NCBI GenBank assembly: GCA_937968065.1 | Contig: CALBUD010000040.1 | Coordinates: forward strand, 1 to 12,151 | DNA length: 12,151 bases | Direction of reading: 5' to 3' | Origin: Candidatus Iainarchaeum sp. | GTDB taxonomy: Archaea; Iainarchaeota; Iainarchaeia; Iainarchaeales; CSSED10-239 | Shown: piece after piece, positions 1 through 6,635 of the stretch | How the letters are laid out: each line of letters starts with the position of its first letter | Numbering within the stretch: position 1 is the stretch's first letter | The notes under the pieces: generated by a model | Told to the model about the DNA's origin: nothing | What the model saw: the letters and a program-made list of their open reading frames with translations, nothing else | The model's database searches: none | Made by a program: the position numbers and the translations under genes

Positions 1-46
1 CGAGATCACTGTGTGACTGGAGTTCAGACGTGTGCTCTTCCGATCT
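1..46. other. Synthetic Illumina TruSeq-type indexed adapter (contamination at contig end)
   Basis: 1-6 is CGAGAT. 7-12 is CACTGT, whose reverse complement ACAGTG is a 6-nt index (TruSeq index 5 as I recall it). 13-46 is GTGACTGGAGTTCAGACGTGTGCTCTTCCGATCT, the read-2 adapter stem. Composition switches abruptly to AT-rich DNA at 47. Confidence 0.95.
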
Positions 47-574
47 TATTTTGAAAAAGATGAAGAAGAAAAACAAAAACTAATTAATCCTATAGATTCT
101 AAGATAATTGCTATTGGTCTTAAAGAAAAAGATAAAGAATCTGTTATTTTTATGGGAGAAGATGAAAAAAAAATTTTAGAAGATTTTTGGAAATATTATT
201 CTAATTTTAAAACAAATAATATTTTTTCAAAAATAGTTGGTTTTAATATTAAAAGTTTTGATATGTCTTTTTTAATATCTAGAAGTTTTATTAATAAAGT
301 TAAAATTAAACCTTTTAGTTTAAAAGAAATAATGGATTTAAGAGAATATATAACTTGTTTTAGATATGGAAAGAGCAGAGGTACTTTAAAAGAGTTTGGA
401 GAAGCTGTTGGTGTATCTTTAATAGATGATATGGATGGATCTATGGTTGCTGAGCTTTGTTATAAAAAAGATTATGCCTTAATTGAAAAATATCTTTTAA
501 AAGACATGGAACTTACAGAAAAAGTTCATGATGTTTTAATGGAACTTGACATTGATAAGATTAAACAATATTAA
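47..574 (+). CDS. 3'-5' exonuclease, RNase H-like fold, PolB-exonuclease-related family; 5'-truncated at the contig end
   Basis: The open frame runs out of the adapter (track ORF 32..574; codons 32-46 are adapter-encoded). It has an Exo II-like GFNIKSFDMSFL and an Exo III-like YLLKDMELT. The Exo I motif is absent because the N-terminus is missing. TAA stop at 572-574. Confidence 0.55.
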   Translation, partial: YFEKDEEEKQKLINPIDSKIIAIGLKEKDKESVIFMGEDEKKILEDFWKYYSNFKTNNIFSKIVGFNIKSFDMSFLISRSFINKVKIKPFSLKEIMDLREYITCFRYGKSRGTLKEFGEAVGVSLIDDMDGSMVAELCYKKDYALIEKYLLKDMELTEKVHDVLMELDIDKIKQY

Positions 575-581
575 TTTTTTT
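575..581 (+). terminator. Oligo-T tract (T7) directly after the stop codon; candidate archaeal intrinsic termination signal
   Basis: A T7 run immediately follows TAA 572-574. Archaeal RNA polymerase terminates at oligo-T tracts. Confidence 0.3.
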
Positions 582-645
582 AAAAAATAAAAAGTTCCTC
601 TTTCTTTATCTTTAAATACTTTTCTCTTTATATAATTATTTATGA

Positions 646-882
646 GCGACAAATGGTGTTGGGTTTACAACAAAGAAACCTTTAACAAAAACTTCAAAAA
701 AAATATTAACTGAATTGTCTAGTCGTGAGTCTATATCTATTTTTGAATTAAATGAATTAGTGAATATATCAAACAGATGTATTAGAAATAATTTAAGAAA
801 GCTTATTAATAACAACCTAATAAGTATAGTTATAGATACAGATGATTTAAGAAAGAAGCTTGTTAAACTTAAAAAAATTTAG
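646..882 (+). CDS. Small winged-helix DNA-binding protein (MarR/ArsR/TrmB-like); start codon unresolved, possibly frameshifted
   Basis: There are 78 stop-free codons in very AT-rich DNA: ATNGVGFTTKKPLTKTSKKILTELSSRESISIFELNELVNISNRCIRNNLRKLINNNLISIVIDTDDLRKKLVKLKKI. This is a typical wHTH pattern (helix, turn, recognition helix, then wing). There is no in-frame ATG/GTG/TTG before the HTH. The only nearby ATG (642-644) is one frame off and overlaps the in-frame TGA at 643-645. A TTTAAATA box lies at 611-618. TAG stop at 880-882. Confidence 0.5.
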   Translation, partial: ATNGVGFTTKKPLTKTSKKILTELSSRESISIFELNELVNISNRCIRNNLRKLINNNLISIVIDTDDLRKKLVKLKKI

Positions 883-891
883 TTTTTTTTT
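883..891 (+). terminator. Oligo-T tract (T9) after the wHTH ORF
   Basis: A T9 run starts right after TAG 880-882. Confidence 0.3.
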
Positions 892-906
892 AAAAAGAAA
901 AAATCT

Positions 907-977
907 CCCCTCATGGTGTAATGGTAGCACAAAGGGCTGTAGACCTTTTAGAATCGGTTCAAATTCGGTTGAGGGGA
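907..977 (+). tRNA. tRNA-Tyr (anticodon GTA), archaeal type
   Basis: Hand-folded 71-nt cloverleaf. Acceptor 907-913 CCCCTCA pairs with 970-976 TGAGGGG. U8 is at 914. D stem is 916-919/927-930 with D loop AATGGTA. Anticodon stem is 932-936/944-948 with loop CTGTAGA (937-943; anticodon GTA at 939-941). The variable region is 4 nt. T stem is 953-957/965-969 with loop TTCAAAT. The discriminator is A977 and CCA is not encoded. C1-G72, A73 and the short variable arm are archaeal/eukaryal tRNA-Tyr features. Confidence 0.85.
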
Positions 978-1056
978 CCTTTTAATTATTTTATAACTTT
1001 ATAGAAAATTTTAAAAACTCTATCTTCTATAATAATGTTATAAATTAAGAAAAAAT

Positions 1057-1695
1057 ATGATTAAAGATTTAAAAAACAATTTAATTTTGAAAAAATGTTA
1101 TAAAAAACCTAACTTTGTAGATGATAAGTTTATTTTTAAATCTAAAAAATATCTTTTAAAAAATGATTTAGATTCTTTTTTTAGATTAGTTAAAATTAAT
1201 CTTGAAAGTAAAAAAGTATATTCAAACAAGTTATTTCATCTTTATTTCTATTTATTATATCTTTTAGAAAAAAAAGAAAAAACAAATTCTTTTTTAAAAC
1301 ATTTCGTTTATTCTAAATTAAATTATAAAATGCATTTCCTTTTTGAAAACATAATAGATAAAGAAATTTATTTATTTTTAAAGAAAAATCATAAACTTTT
1401 TAAAGATATTAAAGGAAAAAAATATTTAATTGTAAAAATTGATAATGATTTTATAAAATTAAAAGAAATGTTTTATAAGTTTGATGACTTTAATGAAAAA
1501 ACCATAAAAAAAGATGTTAAAGAATTAATCTCTTTTTTAAAAAAATTAATTAAATCAAAGAAGATTACAAAAAAAATAGCAAACAGTTTACTTAATTTAA
1601 CTTATTTAGATATTTCTGATTCTTTTGATCATTATAAAAACAAAGATAAAATAAATTTAGATAAGTTTATTAAAAAAAAAGATTTTAAAATTTAA
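1057..1695 (+). CDS. Hypothetical protein, extremely Lys/Asn/Phe-rich, predicted mostly helical
   Basis: A 212-codon stop-free frame in DNA of about 12% G+C cannot be chance. It has an ATG start and a TAA stop. I recognise no motif. Confidence 0.5.
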   Translation: MIKDLKNNLILKKCYKKPNFVDDKFIFKSKKYLLKNDLDSFFRLVKINLESKKVYSNKLFHLYFYLLYLLEKKEKTNSFLKHFVYSKLNYKMHFLFENIIDKEIYLFLKKNHKLFKDIKGKKYLIVKIDNDFIKLKEMFYKFDDFNEKTIKKDVKELISFLKKLIKSKKITKKIANSLLNLTYLDISDSFDHYKNKDKINLDKFIKKKDFKI

Positions 1696-1785
1696 ATTTT
1701 TTAACTAAAATTAAATAAAAAAATTTTTAATGAAAAAATAATTTTTTTCTTACCCTTTTTAAACCTTTTTCTTCATATATTATAT

Positions 1786-1801
1786 ATGATGTTAATATCA
1801 T
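1786..1801. promoter_or_regulatory. Imperfect palindrome ATGAT-GTTAAT-ATCAT upstream of sod; possible Fur/PerR-like operator
   Basis: TGATGTT/AATATCA forms a 7-0-7 inverted repeat with one mismatch. The half-sites resemble Fur-family TGATAAT. It lies about 60 nt upstream of the sod ATG and upstream of the TATA-like TATTATATAAAAC at 1824-1836. Confidence 0.25.
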
Positions 1802-1858
1802 ATTTACTTAATCTTTTTATTACTTATTATATAAAACTTGAAAGGAGTTGATTTACTT

Positions 1859-2482
1859 ATGGATCAAGAAAAAAATATTAATCAATTTGGAGAACTTCCT
1901 TATTCATACGATGCTTTAGAGCTATTTATAGATAAAGAAACAATGAGTGTACATCATACAAAGCATCATAGAGCCTACTATGATAATTTTTTAAAAGCAA
2001 TTACTGGAACTTCTTTTGAAAACAAAGCAGTTACTGAAATTTTAAAAGATCTTTCTCTTTTACCAGAAGATAAAAAACAAGCAATCATTAATAATGGTGG
2101 TGGGTATTTTAATCATAATTTCTTTTGGGATATAATGACTCCTTCATCTACAAAAAAACCATTAGAAAATCTAGAAAAAGAGATTATAGCTTCTTTTGAA
2201 AGTTTTGAAAATTTTAAAGAAAAATTTAAAGAAAAAGCATTAACTTTATTTGGATCAGGTTGGGTATGGCTTGTTTTAAACAAAGAAAGAAAATTAGAAA
2301 TTATTCAAACCAAAAATCAAGATTCAGCTATATCTTTAGGTTTAAAACCAATTTTAGCTTTAGATGTTTGGGAGCATGCATATTATCTTAAATATCAAAA
2401 CAAAAGAGCTGATTATGTTGATGCTTTCTGGAATGTTGTAAATTGGAAACAAGCAGAATATCTTTTTAATAGTTATTTATAA
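1859..2482 (+). CDS. sod: Fe/Mn-family superoxide dismutase
   Basis: Signatures are LPYSYDALE, HHTKHHRAYYDNF, FNHNFFW, GSGWVWL and DVWEHAYYLKYQNKRADYV, which include the His/His/Asp/His metal ligands. ATG 1859 is preferred over the track's TTG 1838 because AGGAG (1843-1847) sits 11 nt upstream of it. Confidence 0.93.
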   Translation: MDQEKNINQFGELPYSYDALELFIDKETMSVHHTKHHRAYYDNFLKAITGTSFENKAVTEILKDLSLLPEDKKQAIINNGGGYFNHNFFWDIMTPSSTKKPLENLEKEIIASFESFENFKEKFKEKALTLFGSGWVWLVLNKERKLEIIQTKNQDSAISLGLKPILALDVWEHAYYLKYQNKRADYVDAFWNVVNWKQAEYLFNSYL

Positions 2483-2609
2483 CTATTTTTTTAATAATTT
2501 TTTTCTTATTTTCTATTTTCTTCTCGGCCAAGATGCCTCTCTCTTTCCAAAACAAATATATAAATTAAAGTAGCTAATATATATAAGTATTATTAAAAAA
2601 AAGAAAAAT

Positions 2610-4538
2610 ATGAATAAATTCAAAGTAGTTTCAAAATTTTCTCCAGCAGGAGATCAGGGAAAAGCAATTGAAGAACTATCAGACTCTTTAAAAAAAGGAA
2701 ATAAATTACAAACTCTTAAAGGTATAACTGCAAGTGGAAAAACCTTTGTTGTTTCAAAGATTATAGAACAACATCAAAAACCAACCCTTGTTCTAGCACA
2801 TAACAAAACCTTAGCAGCACAGCTTTATAGAGAACTAAAAGAATTCTTTCCAAATAATAAAGTTGAATATTTTGTATCATATTATGATTATTATCAACCA
2901 GAAAGCTATGTTCCTCAAAGAGATTTATATATTGAAAAAAACACAAAAATTAATGAAAAAATAGAAGAATTAAGACTTTCTGCAACAGCATCAATTGCTT
3001 CAAGAGAAGACACTATTGTTGTTGCTTCTGTTTCATGTATTTATTCTTTAGGAAATCCAGAAAAATTTAAAGAAATGGGTTTTGAATTATTTGTTGGACA
3101 AAATATTTTAAGACAAGATATTTTAGAAAAACTTGTTAACATACAATATGAAAGAAACGATATGGAGCTTTCACAAGGAAAGTTTAGAGTTAAAGGAGAT
3201 GTTATTGATCTTATTTTAGGATATTCTCAAAATATTATAAGAATAGAACTTTTTGGAAAAAAAATAGATAGAATAACAGAGATTGATAAGATCACTGGTC
3301 AAGTATTATCAAAAATAAATAAACTATATGTTTTTCCAGCAAAACACTTTGTTGTTGATCAGACAACAAAAGAAAAAGCTTTAGAATCTATTGAAAAAGA
3401 GCTTAATGAAGTTTTGCCAAAAATGAATGTTTTAGAAGCACAAAGATTAAAACAAAGAACAATGTATGATTTAGAGATGATAAGAGAAGCAGGATACTGT
3501 TCTGGTATTGAAAATTATTCAAGACATTTTGATGGAAGAAAGAAAGGAGAAAGAGCATACACATTAATTGATTATTTTCCAAAAGATTTTCTTTTAGTTA
3601 TTGATGAAAGTCATCAAACTTTACCACAACTTAGAGCTATGTATGCTGGAGATTTTTCAAGAAAAAAAAATTTAATTGATTATGGTTTTCGTCTTCCTTC
3701 AGCATATGATAATAGACCTTTAAAATTTATAGAATTTGAAAAAATTTTCATGAATAAAGTTATTTTTGTTTCAGCAACTCCTGGTGATTATGAACTTTCT
3801 AAATCTAAAAAAATATCAGAGCTTATTATTAGACCAACATGCTTAGTTGATCCTTTAATAGAATTGCAAAAATCAGAAGGACAAGTAAATCATTTAATAA
3901 AAAATATTAATGAAACAACTAAAAAAGGATTTAGAACTCTTGTAACAACTTTAACAAAAAAACTTGCTGAAGAAATATCAGAATATTTTGCAGAACAAAA
4001 TATAAAAACAAGATATTTACATTCAGAGATTAATACTTTAGAAAGAACAGAGATTATAAGAGAATTACGTTTAGGAAAATTTGATTGTCTTGTTGGTATT
4101 AATCTTTTAAGAGAGGGTCTTGATATTCCTGAAGTTGGTTTAATTGGTATTTTAGATGCTGATAAAGAAGGTTTTTTAAGAGATCAAAGAAGTCTAATAC
4201 AAATTATTGGAAGAGCTGCAAGAAATAAAGATTCAAAAGTTATTCTTTATGCTGATAGAATTACAGATTCAATTAAAAAAGCAGTTGATGAGACAGAAAG
4301 AAGAAGAAATATACAACTTGCTTATAATAAAAAGAATAATATTAATCCTAAGACAATAGTTAAACCAATTGAAGAAAAACATACAGAAATTAAAGATGTT
4401 AAATCTATTCCTAAAAAAGATATTTCAAGAATGCTTGTAGAGCTTGAAAAAGAAATGAGAAAAGCTTCAGATAATCTTGATTTTGAAACAGCTATTACTT
4501 TAAGAGATAAAATAAATCTTTTAAAGACAAGAAAATAA
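2610..4538 (+). CDS. uvrB: Excinuclease ABC subunit B (UvrB)
   Basis: Signatures are [14 protein letters not shown], Walker [48 protein letters not shown] (almost identical to bacterial UvrB), DESH box VIDESHQT, helicase motif [11 protein letters not shown], and a C-terminal UVR domain [12 protein letters not shown]. Confidence 0.95.
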   Translation: MNKFKVVSKFSPAGDQGKAIEELSDSLKKGNKLQTLKGITASGKTFVVSKIIEQHQKPTLVLAHNKTLAAQLYRELKEFFPNNKVEYFVSYYDYYQPESYVPQRDLYIEKNTKINEKIEELRLSATASIASREDTIVVASVSCIYSLGNPEKFKEMGFELFVGQNILRQDILEKLVNIQYERNDMELSQGKFRVKGDVIDLILGYSQNIIRIELFGKKIDRITEIDKITGQVLSKINKLYVFPAKHFVVDQTTKEKALESIEKELNEVLPKMNVLEAQRLKQRTMYDLEMIREAGYCSGIENYSRHFDGRKKGERAYTLIDYFPKDFLLVIDESHQTLPQLRAMYAGDFSRKKNLIDYGFRLPSAYDNRPLKFIEFEKIFMNKVIFVSATPGDYELSKSKKISELIIRPTCLVDPLIELQKSEGQVNHLIKNINETTKKGFRTLVTTLTKKLAEEISEYFAEQNIKTRYLHSEINTLERTEIIRELRLGKFDCLVGINLLREGLDIPEVGLIGILDADKEGFLRDQRSLIQIIGRAARNKDSKVILYADRITDSIKKAVDETERRRNIQLAYNKKNNINPKTIVKPIEEKHTEIKDVKSIPKKDISRMLVELEKEMRKASDNLDFETAITLRDKINLLKTRK

Positions 4539-4548
4539 AGGTTTTAAA

Positions 4549-4574
4549 AGGTTCAATTCCCGTCAGAAGCTTTT
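4549..4574 (+). repeat. tRNA 3'-end-like direct repeat, copy 1 (AGGTTCAATTCCCGTCAGAAGCTTTT)
   Basis: Identical to copy 3 over 26 nt. It starts 10 nt after the uvrB stop codon. It contains a T-loop-like GGTTCAATTCC, an acceptor-3'-strand-like CAGAAGC, and a T-run. Confidence 0.85.
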
Positions 4575-4613
4575 TAAAAAATACTCTTTGGCAGTGAGTA
4601 AATAGCACTTTTT

Positions 4614-4632
4614 TTCCTTTTGTAAAAAGGAA
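4614..4632. promoter_or_regulatory. Perfect 8-bp inverted repeat TTCCTTTT-GTA-AAAAGGAA upstream of the ATPase gene
   Basis: Read directly from the sequence. It lies about 35 nt upstream of ATG 4667 and is followed by duplicated TATATACT TATA-like boxes. Confidence 0.25.
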
Positions 4633-4666
4633 TATATTTATATACTTTCCTATATACTATATTTAT

Positions 4667-5926
4667 ATGGATAAAAGCTATTTAGAAAGAATAATTTTAG
4701 ATCAGTCAGAAGATCTTAAAAAGATGGATTTAGGTTTATCTAGAGATAAACTTTTAGAATTAGATACTCATATAAAATCAAAAATAAATATAATTATAAC
4801 TGGAGTTAGAAGGTGTGGTAAATCTACTTTATTATTACAGATAATGAATAAATATTATAAAAATAAATTTTATTATTTAAGATTTGCAGATGAAAGATTG
4901 TCAAATATACAAATAGAAGATTATCAAAAAATATATGAAGTTTTCTTAGCTAATTTCAATAAAAATAATATTTTCTTTTTTGATGAAATACAAGGAAAAC
5001 CAAATTGGGATAAGTTTGTTAATAGATTATATGAAACAGGAAATAAATTTTATATAACGGGATCTAATTCAGAACTTTTAAGTAAAGAAATATCTACACA
5101 TCTAACTGGTAGGCATTTAGATATAGAATTATATCCTTTTTCATTTAAAGAATATTTAAATTATAAAAAAATAGATATAGATTATAGATTTACAAAAAAT
5201 TTAATAAAAATAGAAAAAGAACTAAATAATTATTTAAAAAATGGTGGCTTTCCACAAGTGGTTGTTGAAAATAATACTTTCTTACTTGAAGAAATATATG
5301 AAGATATAATTAATAAAGATGTTTTATTGAGATATAATTTAAATGATGTTTCTACTTTCAAAAAAATAGTATTATTTTTAATCTCAAATGTTTCTAAAGA
5401 ATTTTCTTATAATTCAATTAAAAAAATGTATAATTTAGGTAATTCAGATACTGTTAGAAACTATATTTCTTATTTAACAAACTCATATTTATTATTTGAA
5501 TTGCCAAAATATGATTATTCTTTAAAAAAGCAAGAAACTTATGCTAAAAAAATATATGCAATAGATACTGGACTTATAAATAAGATGGCTTTTGGTTTTT
5601 CAGAAAATATAGGTAGATTATATGAAAATTTAGTTTTTATAGAATTAAAGAGAAGAGGTAAAAATATTTATTTTTGGAAAGATAAACTTGATTATGAAGT
5701 TGATTTTATGACTGTGGAAAAAAATAAAGTGACTTCTTTAATTCAAGTAACTTATGATTTAAGTAATTTTAAGACTAAAAAAAGAGAAATTAAAGGTTTG
5801 CTTTCTGGGTTAAAAGAGTTTAAATTAAAAAAAGGAATAATAATAACTAATAATTTAGAAAAAGAAGAAACTGTAGATAATAAAATAATTAAATATATAC
5901 CTTTATGGAAATGGTTATTGGATTAA
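4667..5926 (+). CDS. AAA+ superfamily ATPase, COG1373 type (AAA_14 N-domain + DUF4143 C-domain)
   Basis: It has Walker A GVRRCGKSTLL and Walker B FFFDEIQ with the following PNW. Further matches are ITGSNSELLSKEISTHLTGRHLDIELYPFSFKEY, KIYAIDTGLIN, and the C-terminal GRLYENLVFIELKRR...DYEVDF. This pattern is characteristic of the family. Confidence 0.85.
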   Translation: MDKSYLERIILDQSEDLKKMDLGLSRDKLLELDTHIKSKINIIITGVRRCGKSTLLLQIMNKYYKNKFYYLRFADERLSNIQIEDYQKIYEVFLANFNKNNIFFFDEIQGKPNWDKFVNRLYETGNKFYITGSNSELLSKEISTHLTGRHLDIELYPFSFKEYLNYKKIDIDYRFTKNLIKIEKELNNYLKNGGFPQVVVENNTFLLEEIYEDIINKDVLLRYNLNDVSTFKKIVLFLISNVSKEFSYNSIKKMYNLGNSDTVRNYISYLTNSYLLFELPKYDYSLKKQETYAKKIYAIDTGLINKMAFGFSENIGRLYENLVFIELKRRGKNIYFWKDKLDYEVDFMTVEKNKVTSLIQVTYDLSNFKTKKREIKGLLSGLKEFKLKKGIIITNNLEKEETVDNKIIKYIPLWKWLLD

Positions 5927-5971
5927 AAAGAGTGCTTTTAACTCAAGGTTCAATTCCTGCCAGAAGCTTTT
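5926..5971 (+). repeat. tRNA 3'-end-like direct repeat, copy 2 (extended 46-nt form; 26-nt core at 5946-5971)
   Basis: The core is AGGTTCAATTCCTGCCAGAAGCTTTT, with 2 substitutions relative to copies 1 and 3. The 20 nt upstream (AAAAGAGTGCTTTTAACTCA) align with the copy 3 flank at 15/20. It starts at the last base of the ATPase stop codon. Confidence 0.85.
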
Positions 5972-6097
5972 GCTAACGCAGGTTTGGAGTCTGCAGTTTT
6001 CAGTCTGGAGAGCTTTAAACAGTTGGTTTACAGCAATCTTATTCTATAAAGTATCAAAAACAAATTCTTGCAAAGATTCCTTTAATCTTTGGAAAAT

Positions 6098-6137
6098 CTA
6101 TAAAAAGTCATACTTTTTCTATAGAAGTCATACTTTC
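6098..6137. repeat. Tandem 20/21-bp direct repeat CTATA(A/G)A(A)AGTCATACTTT, two copies
   Basis: 6098-6118 is CTATAAAAAGTCATACTTTTT and 6119-6137 is CTATAGAAGTCATACTTTC. An 8-bp inverted repeat CAAAGATT/AATCTTTG lies just upstream at 6071-6091. Confidence 0.6.
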
Positions 6138-6166
6138 TAATATTAATTCTAATATAGATAAGATAA

Positions 6167-6501
6167 ATGAGAATGATAGGTCTGTTAAACTTACAAGGTT
6201 GATTTTAAGGTACCATATCTTTTAAAAGAAGAAAAAGATATTAAAAAATATATTAAAAACATTAAAGAGAGTGAGGATGTTTTTATTGATAATAATATAA
6301 AAAAAAATTAAGGATTTTAATGATTTTAAAGAGGTAATATCTAAGTTTAATCAAGAATATAATAACACAGATGATTATCTTGTGTTATTTACAAAAGCTT
6401 TAGAGGTTAATGTTTTTAATAGTATTAAGGACGAGAATTTTAAAAGATTTATAATAGATAATGATCTTTTTAATAGGTTGAAGTATTATTGTGAAAGATG
6501 A
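6167..6501 (+). pseudogene. Possible decayed gene: three consecutive open segments in frames 2, 3 and 1
   Basis: ATG 6167..TGA 6202 gives MRMIGLLNLQG. 6204-6308 gives FKVPYLLKEEKDIKKYIKNIKESEDVFIDNNIKKN. 6301-6498 gives KKIKDFNDFKEVISKFNQEYNNTDDYLVLFTKALEVNVFNSIKDENFKRFIIDNDLFNRLKYYCER. The last two would fuse if one A were removed from the A9 run at 6299-6307. No recognisable domain. Confidence 0.3.
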
Positions 6502-6570
6502 GTTATTTTTCTAAATTATTGATTGAAAATAGTTCAGAAAGGATTTTTAAATGTTTTGTTATTCTGTATT

Positions 6571-6612
6571 TATAGCTATTGTTTTATAGCTATTGTTTTA
6601 TAGCTATTTTTA
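6571..6612. repeat. 14-bp tandem repeat TATAGCTATTGTTT x2 plus a degenerate third copy, in the promoter of the pilin-RCC1 gene
   Basis: 6571-6584 and 6585-6598 are identical. 6599-6612 is TATAGCTATTTTTA. The repeats are followed by TTTAAAATAT at 6609-6618 and ATG 6636. Confidence 0.8.
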
Positions 6613-6635
6613 AAATATTTAAAAATGTAGATTAT

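Noticed and set aside
32-46. GTG start and first five codons (MLFRS) of track ORF 32..574
   Set aside because: These codons are encoded by Illumina adapter, not genomic DNA. The real gene is 5'-partial.
1838-1858. TTG-initiated extension of the sod ORF (the GTG 9200 extension of the dnaQ-like ORF is a similar case)
   Set aside because: The downstream ATGs are preceded by Shine-Dalgarno-like AGGAG / AAGGTG at proper spacing, and these motifs lie inside the extensions.
2521-2549. GC-rich island between sod and uvrB whose minus strand contains TTGGCCGAG, reminiscent of a tRNA-Ser/Leu D-arm
   Set aside because: Only about 9 nt match, and no acceptor, anticodon or T arm can be built around it. 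It is most likely fortuitous, or an unclassified promoter or terminator element.
2761-2946. 61-aa minus-strand ORF inside uvrB
   Set aside because: It is antisense to a strongly supported, motif-rich CDS, has no recognisable motif, and is a typical shadow ORF.
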